Shown here one piece after another: positions 11,914 to 20,848 of a stretch of DNA of 64,000 nt. Origin of the DNA: an uncultured Candidatus Saccharibacteria bacterium. GTDB taxonomy: Bacteria > Patescibacteriota > Saccharimonadia > Saccharimonadales > Saccharimonadaceae. The position numbers and the translations under genes are program-made. Position 1 is the first letter of the stretch, and every line of letters starts with the position of its first letter. Below the pieces are notes generated by a model, which was not told the DNA's origin, made no database searches, and saw nothing but the letters and a program-made list of their open reading frames with translations. The stretch is from assembly GCA_963549225.1 (NCBI GenBank), contig CAUUWX010000002.1:115319-179318 (forward strand). The letters are read 5' to 3'.

Positions 11914-13531
11914 CCTTCAGCTTAAACTCAACGTTAATCTTTTTTATATCATTTGGGACAGATCTTACCCAAAACGGCGAGAATTTTACATCGACATCCT
12001 CAACACCTTCAATAGACTCAATCGACGACTGTACGTCACCGTACGTCCGGCCTTTTGCCTGCTCTTTCACCTTAGCCTCATTAATTTCCGGACCAATCTT
12101 GCCGTTAGCGGTCACAACAAGGCTCTTAATACCACCTCTATCAGTAAATTGAGAAAATTCCGCTTTATCTACGCCGCTGTCATAAATTTTTTGCGACTTT
12201 TTATCGCCAATATCGTCTTCTCTAATTTTAGCGTCAATGAAAGATTTTATATCAGATTTATCTGCTGCCAGCATACTGGCAGTAATTGTCGATTTTAGCA
12301 GCACGCTACCCGAGGCTTCGCTATCAACCGCCACGCTAGGAACTGGATCTGAGCGATTTTCAGAATAACTATCGGTGATGACTTTCGCAGAGCTGCCGAA
12401 AGAGCTGGCAAGCTGATTTTTTAGGCTATTATCCTTCTGTTCGTTTAATTTCGATTTTGCGCTGGCAACGTCAGACGCTGTTACTACGGTAGCTGTTTTG
12501 TCAGTCCCGCCGCTGGTTGGCGACATCAGCGAAGCTTTTATGCCATCAACCGAAATCGACATACTACCCGACGCTGCATTATACTGCGAACCGCCCTCAG
12601 CTGCCCGTACCGAGGCGGTAGCCGTTCCGGAGCAAGTTCTATCAGAACAATCCCACGACAACGTCGCCGCCGGAACTGTCACCGACGAAGATAGCACATA
12701 AGACAAATCATTATTCTTAAGAATCGTCCCCGCAGCTATAGTCACGCTATTCTTTGACGAATTACTAAATTTAACCGACCCAGTCGCCTTTTCTCCAACA
12801 TTCTTTTTACCAGTTGCCACAAACTCAACACTGATTTCTTTTTGTAATTCTCGTTTTTGAACTTTAATACTGTCATTTTTAGCGCTGACCGTATCGTCCG
12901 TCGTCAATTTTACCGTCTCGCTGACTTTTACGCCCGTTGTTTTAGCGGTAATAATTACTGTCGCGTGCGGCGCAAACCAAGTCGCCCACACTAAAAATAT
13001 AATTAATAGCAGTACGCCGCCGCCAATCAAGGCGAACTTCTTGCGAAAAACATTAAAATCTGGAATCTTTGGATTTTTCTTATTGCTTTTTGCTGAATTG
13101 CCAGGAGATTTATTCTTATTGGCGGCATCTGGGGTATTTGCCTCGCTAGCCCCCTTGTTATCTTTTGGTTTTTTATGAGCCGAATCCGCCATATCGCCAA
13201 CTGGCAGCTGTCCGCCATCAATCACATCATTATCGTCTACTTTCAGCGCTGGAATCTCCGCAATTTCCGGCTTACTTTGCAATGTTTTTGCTACTGGAAT
13301 ATCAGCTGTCGCCGCCAATCCTGCCAATACATTGTCGCTGGTAATTATTACCACTCTTTTGTCCGCTGATTTAGCTGCTCGCGCCAACAGTCGAATGTTA
13401 ACCGCACTCTGCAAAACGCCGATTCGGCGCGGCGGTACCAAGGCAATAATCCGTTCTTTTGACGATTTAATCTTGCCAATTATTGACGTAATATCGTCTT
13501 CTGTATCAATATGGATAACGTCTTTATTCAT
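11903..13531 (-). CDS. Bitopic membrane protein with small cytoplasmic N-terminal domain and extracellular baseplate-J/gp47-like region
   Basis: N-terminal alpha/beta domain, low-complexity linker, one TM, then ATG...GEKATGSVKFSN...VTIAAGT...A.EGG.QYN and GGTD motifs resembling baseplate-J-like domains. Confidence 0.65.
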   Translation of the reverse strand: MNKDVIHIDTEDDITSIIGKIKSSKERIIALVPPRRIGVLQSAVNIRLLARAAKSADKRVVIITSDNVLAGLAATADIPVAKTLQSKPEIAEIPALKVDDNDVIDGGQLPVGDMADSAHKKPKDNKGASEANTPDAANKNKSPGNSAKSNKKNPKIPDFNVFRKKFALIGGGVLLLIIFLVWATWFAPHATVIITAKTTGVKVSETVKLTTDDTVSAKNDSIKVQKRELQKEISVEFVATGKKNVGEKATGSVKFSNSSKNSVTIAAGTILKNNDLSYVLSSSVTVPAATLSWDCSDRTCSGTATASVRAAEGGSQYNAASGSMSISVDGIKASLMSPTSGGTDKTATVVTASDVASAKSKLNEQKDNSLKNQLASSFGSSAKVITDSYSENRSDPVPSVAVDSEASGSVLLKSTITASMLAADKSDIKSFIDAKIREDDIGDKKSQKIYDSGVDKAEFSQFTDRGGIKSLVVTANGKIGPEINEAKVKEQAKGRTYGDVQSSIESIEGVEDVDVKFSPFWVRSVPNDIKKINVEFKLKDAK

Positions 13532-13532
13532 T

Positions 13533-14795
13533 TCAAATCTTTAATAACCTGTTTACTTTTTCGACCAAACCATTACTTTCCTGGTTTCCAATTATTGTAT
13601 CATACCCCACCCGGAGTAAACCCATAACCGTGATAAACGTATGATCGGCTATATCACCTGTGGTATCAATTATGCCAGTCACGTCGCTAGGCTTAATATA
13701 TTGCACGACTGGTTTTTTTGTAAACGGCAAATCCTCATGCCACTGGTGTTTTTCCAGCGCCTCAGTAATTTTCTTCAAATTAGATCCGCCGCCGCACAGC
13801 AAAATGCGGTTTGGTAAATAATCAACATTATCAAACTCGCTTAATGCCAATTCCACACCAGACAGCCATACCTCTAGCGTCTTATCAATCGCTTCATCAA
13901 CTCGCCTTTTCACTGTCGGCTTAATATTACCATCATTAAGGTTTAGTTTTAACTTCTCAGCATCCTTAAAGCTCAAATCCAAATCGGCAGCAATCGTCCG
14001 AGTAAAACTACGACCGCCGATGCCAAACATCTTCGTGCCCTCAACCCCGCCGTCGTTTACTACTGCAATATCGGTCGTGCCGCCGCCGATGTCCGCTAAA
14101 ATTGCCGTAAAATTACTATCGGTATCTGTTCCTAAAACACTGCGACTTACTGCAAAAGGCTCGGCAGCTACCGCCACCAATTCTAATGCTAATTCGTCAG
14201 CCACTTTCTCCAACGCTCCAATATGCACCATCGGCGCAAATGCCGTATAAATTTGTACTGCTACATCCCGCCCCTGAAAACCAATCGGATTAGACACTTT
14301 ATAACCATCAATATGAATACTTACCAGCGCCGAATTAACTAACTTCACTTCAACATCCTCGTTGCCAGTCTCCAGTGCTATCTGCGCCTGAGCTTTACTT
14401 TGTGCCCGCTCTTGCACCTTCTCAATGATAAACTCCATCTCTGCCACGTCTAAAGTTTTATTCGGCTGCGGACGACGGTAGCGAATCGTATTAGTAATAC
14501 CCTTTACTAGTTCGCCAGCAATACCAATAATCACGCGTTTACCCTGTATGCCAGCTTGATCTTCCGCCTCGGTAAGCGCCGCTTCACAATTTGCGACCAC
14601 ACCAGCAATATCAGCAATCGCACCTAAATGCATGTCGCCCATCTCTTGCTGTTTGCGCCCGACACCGATAATTTCCAAATTATCATCTTTTATTTCGGCA
14701 ATCAGCGCCTTAACGACCTCTGTACCAATATCCAAACCAACTAACAATTCCGGAGTATCTTTATCGGTTTTTTTTAACATGTCTCTCAATGCCAT
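13533..14795 (-). CDS. FtsA-like actin-fold ATPase
   Basis: VGLDIGTEVVKA, AEPFA, DIGGGTTD, GIGGRSFT, AEKLK, LCGGGS: the actin/Hsp70 superfamily phosphate and adenosine motifs. Confidence 0.85.
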   Translation of the reverse strand: MALRDMLKKTDKDTPELLVGLDIGTEVVKALIAEIKDDNLEIIGVGRKQQEMGDMHLGAIADIAGVVANCEAALTEAEDQAGIQGKRVIIGIAGELVKGITNTIRYRRPQPNKTLDVAEMEFIIEKVQERAQSKAQAQIALETGNEDVEVKLVNSALVSIHIDGYKVSNPIGFQGRDVAVQIYTAFAPMVHIGALEKVADELALELVAVAAEPFAVSRSVLGTDTDSNFTAILADIGGGTTDIAVVNDGGVEGTKMFGIGGRSFTRTIAADLDLSFKDAEKLKLNLNDGNIKPTVKRRVDEAIDKTLEVWLSGVELALSEFDNVDYLPNRILLCGGGSNLKKITEALEKHQWHEDLPFTKKPVVQYIKPSDVTGIIDTTGDIADHTFITVMGLLRVGYDTIIGNQESNGLVEKVNRLLKI

Positions 14796-14870
14796 ACAAG
14801 TTTATTATATAACGCTTGTGATTTTGAGGCAATTATTGACTTTTTCACTAATAAATTACCTCATGTTTAT

Positions 14871-16748
14871 TTATTTCAGAACCGCTTTAATCCGGCGAAC
14901 TCCCGCTGAGCTGGACTCTTCTTTGGTGATTTTAAAGCGTTTGCCGCCCTCGGACAAAACACCCGTGCGCTCGACGTGCGGACCGCCACAGATTTCGAAG
15001 CTGATGATATTGTCGCCTTCGCCGATGGAATAGACTTTTACCTCATCACCGTAGCGTTCGCCAAAAGCGCCGATTGCACCCATTTTTAGCGCCTCATCAG
15101 TCGGATAGATCTGGTAACTAACCGGCAAATCAGCATCAATCCATACATTGACCTGATCCTCCACCGCCTGTTTTTCCTCTGGCGTCAATTTATCATGATT
15201 AAAGTCAAAACGCAGGCGCTCAGCAGTGATATTGCTGCCATGCTGCTGCAAATCCGGAGCATTTAGGACTTTGCGCAGCGCCGCTCCCAACAAGTGCGTC
15301 GCCGTATGATATTTCAGATGAATCGGATCGTGACCCTCTAGGCCGCCGCTAAACTGCCCTTTGCGTGCTGTCTTGGAGCGCTGGCGTTGCTCGTCCATCT
15401 TAGCGTCAAACTCGGCGCGCCAATTATCAGAAAGTTTGATGCCTTGTTTATACGCTTCCTCAGTACTCAGCTCCACCGGAAAACCAAACGTATCGTACAG
15501 CGTAAATAACTCTTCGCCAGTCAAGCCGTCATCAATATAATGCTGCATTTGCCTGAGACCTTTACGCAGCGTTTGGCGGAAGGCTTTTTCTTCCTTGACC
15601 AGCACAGCGATGATACTCTCGCGGTTTTCCTTAACCTCTGGAAAATCTGCTTCATATAAATCAGCGATCACCGGCACGACTTCCTCTAGGAAATTTTGCT
15701 CAATCCCCAGATCGAAACTATAACGAATCGCCCGACGCAACAGGCGGCGCATCACGTAACCTTGTTCTTTATTACTCGGCACACAGCCATCAACCGCCAA
15801 AAATACCGCCGCCCTGAGATGATCGGCGATCACTCGCATTGACGCGGTATGCGTAGCATATTCCTTACCGCTTAAACTTTCCAGCTTTTTAATAATTGGC
15901 TGTAGTAGGCTGATCTGAAAAACGTCAGGACTGTCAATTGCTGCCGCGGCAATCCGCTCCAAGCCGCCGCCGAAATCAACATTCTTGCGTTTCAGCGGTT
16001 CAAAGCTACCGTCATCCAGCCGGCGATACTGCATAAACACTTGGTTGCCAATTTCCATAAATCGGCCGCTATCACTAGCTGGATGCGCCTGCCCAAAACT
16101 AGCATCGTGATGCTGCTCGCCAAAATCATAAAACACCTCGCTATCCGGCCCGCACGGATCGCCGATTGGCGTACTATCAATCCCGCCGCCGCGGCTCCAC
16201 CAGTTCTCTTTATCGTTGTAAAAGAAAATCCGGCCGCCCTGCATACCCAGCTTGTCGCCATTTTCAGCGCTATCCAGCTCGACAATTTTAGCTTCAATGC
16301 CTTTTTTGGCAAAAACTTCCTGCCAAATTTGTGCTGCTTCATCGTCGCGCGGAATGTTGTTTTTCTCATCGCCGATAAAACAGCTGACATAAATCTTGTT
16401 CGGATCTAGCCCAACTATTTCTGTCAAAAATTCGAAAAACCACTCAATCTGCTGGCGTTTGAAATATTCGCCCATGCTCCAATTGCCCAGCATCTCAAAG
16501 AACGTCGTGTGTCGATTATCGCCAACATCCTCAATATCCTGCGCCCGCAAACACGTCTGACTATCAGCCAATTTAGTGCCTTGCGGATGATCCTGGCCCA
16601 GCAAGTACGGCAGCAACGGCTGCATACCTGAGCCAGTGAATAACGTCGTCGGGTCATTGTGTAGCATAAGCGGCGCCCGCTCAATAATAGCGTGACCGTT
16701 CCTTTGGCAAAATTCGAGATATTTCTGGCGGATTTCTTGTGTACTCAT
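14871..16748 (-). CDS. alaS: Alanine--tRNA ligase, lacking C-Ala domain
   Basis: LFTGSGMQP, HTTFFEMLGN, DFGGGLER. Editing motifs HTATH and CGGPH. Ends at GVRRIKAV. Start at ATG 16748. Confidence 0.95.
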   Translation of the reverse strand: MSTQEIRQKYLEFCQRNGHAIIERAPLMLHNDPTTLFTGSGMQPLLPYLLGQDHPQGTKLADSQTCLRAQDIEDVGDNRHTTFFEMLGNWSMGEYFKRQQIEWFFEFLTEIVGLDPNKIYVSCFIGDEKNNIPRDDEAAQIWQEVFAKKGIEAKIVELDSAENGDKLGMQGGRIFFYNDKENWWSRGGGIDSTPIGDPCGPDSEVFYDFGEQHHDASFGQAHPASDSGRFMEIGNQVFMQYRRLDDGSFEPLKRKNVDFGGGLERIAAAAIDSPDVFQISLLQPIIKKLESLSGKEYATHTASMRVIADHLRAAVFLAVDGCVPSNKEQGYVMRRLLRRAIRYSFDLGIEQNFLEEVVPVIADLYEADFPEVKENRESIIAVLVKEEKAFRQTLRKGLRQMQHYIDDGLTGEELFTLYDTFGFPVELSTEEAYKQGIKLSDNWRAEFDAKMDEQRQRSKTARKGQFSGGLEGHDPIHLKYHTATHLLGAALRKVLNAPDLQQHGSNITAERLRFDFNHDKLTPEEKQAVEDQVNVWIDADLPVSYQIYPTDEALKMGAIGAFGERYGDEVKVYSIGEGDNIISFEICGGPHVERTGVLSEGGKRFKITKEESSSAGVRRIKAVLK

Positions 16749-16770
16749 AGAGGTAATTATAGCATAAAAC

Positions 16771-16796
16771 AAAACCGCCCGATTAACGAGCGGTTT
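16771..16796 (-). terminator. Rho-independent terminator after rpsP
   Basis: AAACCGC...GCGGTTT inverted repeat with T-run on minus strand. Confidence 0.7.
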
Positions 16797-16814
16797 GCAA
16801 TTATTCTATAATAC

Positions 16815-17162
16815 CTACTCGACAGACTCTTCAGCCGGCTCTTCCTTCGGCTGATTCTTGCGAAGTTTCTCTGGGTTGCGGATAGATTTATGCTTATCAG
16901 CAGCCGGTTCTTTAACCCATTTCGGTAATTTAACGCCAGCTTCTTTCAATAGTTTAACGACGCGCGGGGTTGGCTGAGCGCCGTTATCTAAATATTTCTG
17001 CGCCGATTCAACCTGAATATTTGCTTCTTTAGTATGCGGGTTGTAGCTACCAACATACGCGACCACTCGACCGCTCGACGGGTGACGATGCGCCTCTTGT
17101 ACCGCCAGGCGGTACACTGGATAACCTTTGCGACCCAACCGTTGCAAACGAATTGCTAACAT
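16815..17162 (-). CDS. rpsP: 30S ribosomal protein S16
   Basis: MLAIRLQRLGRKGYPVYRLAV, VGSYNP, GAQPT. Confidence 0.96.
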   Translation of the reverse strand: MLAIRLQRLGRKGYPVYRLAVQEAHRHPSSGRVVAYVGSYNPHTKEANIQVESAQKYLDNGAQPTPRVVKLLKEAGVKLPKWVKEPAADKHKSIRNPEKLRKNQPKEEPAEESVE

Positions 17163-17227
17163 GTGTAATTTCTTCCTTTTCTTACAACTCTTTGATTAAT
17201 GTCTTACTCCTAGAGAGTGTACACTAT

Positions 17228-17743
17228 TTATGCGCGGTCGTCAATAAACCCACAACTCATGGCATATTTCATAATCTCAGCAAAATTATCAAAATCATGG
17301 TGATAGTCTTGCACTTTATCAAATTCCACAAACTCCCTAGCTGATGATTCGTACGAAGCTACAAAATCATCTATTCGTTTTACATCAGCCAGAAAAAGCA
17401 GCTGATATGCCCTATCGGGGTATCTATCGTTATATTTAGAATGAAATAATTTTTCAATATACCAAGCACCAATCAATTTTAGAGAATTTAGTTCAACGGA
17501 TGTTTCCTCGTACACTTCGCGTCGCGCACAATCTTCTGGCGTTTCTCCTAATTCCATACGACCACCTGGCAAACCCCAGCCACGCGGTGGCTTGGCCAAA
17601 AGTATTTTATTTTCATGAACTACACAAACCATACACGATGTCACAAGCGAAAAGTCAGGAATGGTTTCACACGGATAAAATTGAGACTTTGTTGATTTGT
17701 CTTTACCCCAGAAAACAAACGGAAAAATATCGTTAACTTTCAT
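17228..17743 (-). CDS. NUDIX hydrolase
   Basis: Nudix box GGRMELGETPEDCARREVYEETSV. Confidence 0.9.
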   Translation of the reverse strand: MKVNDIFPFVFWGKDKSTKSQFYPCETIPDFSLVTSCMVCVVHENKILLAKPPRGWGLPGGRMELGETPEDCARREVYEETSVELNSLKLIGAWYIEKLFHSKYNDRYPDRAYQLLFLADVKRIDDFVASYESSAREFVEFDKVQDYHHDFDNFAEIMKYAMSCGFIDDRA

Positions 17744-18147
17744 AACACAACCCCTTCTTTACATTTTATGATAACATTTGACACACTTATACCATAATAC
17801 GACATATCAATTATTGAGATCCGAATAACGTTTTGTTGTTAACGACGTCAATATCATTCTGTACAGCCTTAGATATTTTGCTAAATTTATACAACGCGTC
17901 TATGGTATTCAAAAAGTTATATTTTGGATATAGGCTTAACCCCAAAACTACCCGCATCCTTTCAACAAAAATAATATTGACCTATGTAATAACATTAGAC
18001 TACACTAATCAATAGAGCATAAAATATCTAACAATTTCTATCTGGAATGTTACAGAGACTATAAACTGTCATGTAGCTAGCGGTACAAAAGAAACGCCAA
18101 CTTGAAGCGCCCGGTGTTGCGCAATGCTTAAAGGAAAGGATTAATTT

Positions 18148-19077
18148 TTGGAAATGAAACGACACATCATTGACCTGCATACCCATACTATCCACTCTGA
18201 CGGAGTATTAACGCCAATTGAGCTAATTGATCGAGCATATGATAATGGCGTATCTGTACTGTCGATCGCTGACCACGATACGTTAGGCGCATATGAGGAC
18301 GAATCAACATTTGAACAGGCTAAGAAACGTGACATTCGCCTCACCCCTGGAGTTGAAATTTCAGCCAAGTATCGATCTGTCGGTATTCATGTTTTGGGAC
18401 TTTTTATTGATCATGAGAATGACGCTCTCCATAACGTCTTAAAGAGGCAGCATGATTTTAGAATTGAGTATATGAACCGCGTTGTTGATATGTTTGAAAA
18501 AGATGGCTGGGCGATTGCTTCAAAAGAAAGTTTACTTTCGTTAGGATCAATTACTAAAGCTCACATTTCTCAAAGTATCGTCGAGCACGAAGAAAATTTT
18601 GAACGCCTAAAACAATTGTTTGGCCAGATTCCTAACCGCGGTATGTTTATCGAGGCTATGATGAATGAAGGTTGCAAGTATTTCCTAGAACGTGAAACAC
18701 TATCGCCGGCAGAAGCTATCCAAGCAATTCACGACGCGCACGGTGTTGCAATCTTCGCCCATCCTATTGCCAGTTTATACGAAGATATGGACATGACAGC
18801 TCTCCGCGATGTGATTAGCAATACTAATTTCGACGCACTCGAAGCGTTTTATTACTATCATGACCAATCCAGAGGCGGAGCAATGGTAACAGCAATTGAT
18901 CAAATGGCAGAACTTGCTCAAGAGTTTGGGCTTGCTGTGAGCGCTGGCTCTGATTACCATGGACCAAATCCAGCTCATGGTCGTCAGACCGATGTAGGGT
19001 TCAAGGGAATGCCAAGAAAACCGGGGTTGAAATACCTTAAAGCTTTGGAAGAGATAGCTCTCAAATACGCTTCTTAG
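18148..19077 (+). CDS. PHP-domain phosphoesterase (TrpH/YciV-like)
   Basis: DLHTHTIHSDG, IADHD, GVEIS, AHP, GSDYHG. SD AAAGGA upstream. Start may be TTG 18148 or ATG 18154. Confidence 0.88.
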   Translation: MEMKRHIIDLHTHTIHSDGVLTPIELIDRAYDNGVSVLSIADHDTLGAYEDESTFEQAKKRDIRLTPGVEISAKYRSVGIHVLGLFIDHENDALHNVLKRQHDFRIEYMNRVVDMFEKDGWAIASKESLLSLGSITKAHISQSIVEHEENFERLKQLFGQIPNRGMFIEAMMNEGCKYFLERETLSPAEAIQAIHDAHGVAIFAHPIASLYEDMDMTALRDVISNTNFDALEAFYYYHDQSRGGAMVTAIDQMAELAQEFGLAVSAGSDYHGPNPAHGRQTDVGFKGMPRKPGLKYLKALEEIALKYAS

Positions 19078-19088
19078 TAGCAGCTAGC

Positions 19089-20252
19089 TTAGCAAATAAT
19101 CCCGCCACCCAAGCATTCCTCGCCGTCATATATCACAGCCGACTGGCCTGGGGCGACGGCGCGCTGCGGCTCGGACAAGATAACCGTCACTTTCTCACCA
19201 GCATTATCGTTCACACGCGTAATCTCCGCATTAATTAGCGGCGCTCGGTGTCGCACCCGAACCTGATAGGTGCCGTCTTTTGGCGGCTGATTAATCCAGT
19301 GAACGTCAGTCAGTGTCAATTCTTTCCGCCACAAGTTACCATCATCAATCGAGCGCGATACATAAACTTCGTTTTTTGCCACGTCCTTACCGACGACATA
19401 GTACGGCAAGCCGCCGCCAACATTCAAGCCATGCCGCTGCCCCAGCGTATAAAACATTGCCCCGTCATGCCGGCCAACAACCGCACCCGTTGGCTGATCA
19501 ATGATATCGCCCGGACTAGTCTCAACATATTCTGACAAAAACTCACGAATCCCCACTTGCCCAACAAAGCAAATACCCATCGATTCCTTTTTGCTGGCCG
19601 TCCACAAATCCCGCTCCTTAGCCATTTGGCGCACCTCAGCCTTGGTAAAATCACCCAGCGGAAACATAGTCTTTGCCAGCGCCTCGGACGTCACCCGGTA
19701 CAGGAAATAGGTTTGGTCTTTATTGTCGTCATAGGCGCGGAATAGCCGCCCACCACTTGAATGATATTCTGTCGTGCGGGTGGCGCGAGGCGGGGCAGCA
19801 CCCGAAAATGTTTTCAGCTTACCTGAAAAATTTTCAGAGGCGGACCGAGCGACAGGACCCGCGGGAGAAAAAGTGCGTGCATAATGCCCCGTCGCAATAT
19901 ACTCCGCACCCGCTGCCAACGACGCTTCCAAAAATAACTTAAACTTCACCTCTTGATTGCACATCACATCAGGATTTGGCGTCCGACCCGCCTGGTATTC
20001 GCGGATCATATAGTCAACGACATTTTGCTTGTATTCTTTCTGAAAATCGAACACTTGAAAATCAATTCCCAGCCCCACCGCCACGCGCTTAGCATCAGCC
20101 ACATCCTCGGCCCACGGACAGTGCATGCCTGGCAAATCCTCCGACCAATTTTTCATATACACGCCAGTTACCTCGTGACCTTGCTCGACCAATAGCGCTG
20201 CCGCTACCGACGAATCAACGCCGCCCGACATACCAACAAATACCCGAGCCAT
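19089..20252 (-). CDS. mnmA: tRNA 2-thiouridylase MnmA, with a ~35-aa internal insertion
   Basis: GMSGGVDSS, TPNPDVMCN, ATGHY, KDQTYFL, ESMGICF, APGQSAV. Start at ATG 20252, overlapping the upstream TGA. Confidence 0.95.
   Translation of the reverse strand: MARVFVGMSGGVDSSVAAALLVEQGHEVTGVYMKNWSEDLPGMHCPWAEDVADAKRVAVGLGIDFQVFDFQKEYKQNVVDYMIREYQAGRTPNPDVMCNQEVKFKLFLEASLAAGAEYIATGHYARTFSPAGPVARSASENFSGKLKTFSGAAPPRATRTTEYHSSGGRLFRAYDDNKDQTYFLYRVTSEALAKTMFPLGDFTKAEVRQMAKERDLWTASKKESMGICFVGQVGIREFLSEYVETSPGDIIDQPTGAVVGRHDGAMFYTLGQRHGLNVGGGLPYYVVGKDVAKNEVYVSRSIDDGNLWRKELTLTDVHWINQPPKDGTYQVRVRHRAPLINAEITRVNDNAGEKVTVILSEPQRAVAPGQSAVIYDGEECLGGGIIC
19769..19862. repeat. Palindromic element inserted in frame in mnmA
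   Basis: Inner stem GAAAATGTTTTCAG (19804-19817) / CTGAAAAATTTTC (19823-19835). Outer arms GCGGGT (19776-19781) / ACCCGC (19857-19862). Confidence 0.6.
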
Positions 20253-20848
20253 CAGCGTGACACTCCCAGTGCAAACAAACCGATCCGCAGCAATTCGCCG
20301 ACCGCCAGCCACCAGCCCCACGGTGTCAGCCACCACCATGTACTCCAATGCCTGTCGTGCGTTGTCGGTCGTGCCCGCAGCTCAACATTCGGCAGTTGCG
20401 CTGAAAACTCAGCCAGCGCTCGCCGCATGTGATAGCCGCTAGTGACCAGAATGACGCGCTTGATACCGCGCTGCGCTATAATATTTGCCACTTCTTGGGC
20501 GTTTTGTTTGGTGGTTTCTGAACGTTCATCCATCACTAAGTTCGCGGTTGGGACACCCGCCGCTTCGGCTTGTTTTCTCATGGCGGCAGCGTTAGATGGG
20601 CCGGATTTATCGGCCGCAGCACCGGACAAGATAATGGTCGGCGCCCAGCCAGCTTGATATAATTTAACCGCCTCAGCTGTACGCGCTTCCGTGTCGCCGC
20701 CACTAATAACGATGATCGCGCCCGCTTTTTGGCACTGCCCTGAGCCAGGGCGCGGACAATCTTTCAAGTCATCCGGCGACAAATAATGACTCAAGCCAAC
20801 AATGACTGCAATCGCAATTAGCACTAGACCAATTAATCGATGAATCAC
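20252..20848 (-). CDS. YdcF/ElyC (DUF218) family membrane-anchored protein
   Basis: AIIVISGG, IILSG, SETTKQNA, LVTSGYHMRRA. Confidence 0.88.
   Translation of the reverse strand: MIHRLIGLVLIAIAVIVGLSHYLSPDDLKDCPRPGSGQCQKAGAIIVISGGDTEARTAEAVKLYQAGWAPTIILSGAAADKSGPSNAAAMRKQAEAAGVPTANLVMDERSETTKQNAQEVANIIAQRGIKRVILVTSGYHMRRALAEFSAQLPNVELRARPTTHDRHWSTWWWLTPWGWWLAVGELLRIGLFALGVSR

Noticed and set aside
11903..13531. Prophage or contractile injection system suggested by the baseplate-J-like domain
   Set aside because: No sheath, tube, spike, capsid, terminase or integrase genes nearby. The protein has a TM and sits in a housekeeping operon.
20253..20348. N-terminal extensions in the ORF track (mnmA, and likewise uvrA, alaS, the PilB-like gene, the Rpf gene, the response regulator and 61734)
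   Set aside because: They overlap upstream genes, promoters or tRNAs. Downstream starts fit family N-termini and -10 spacing.
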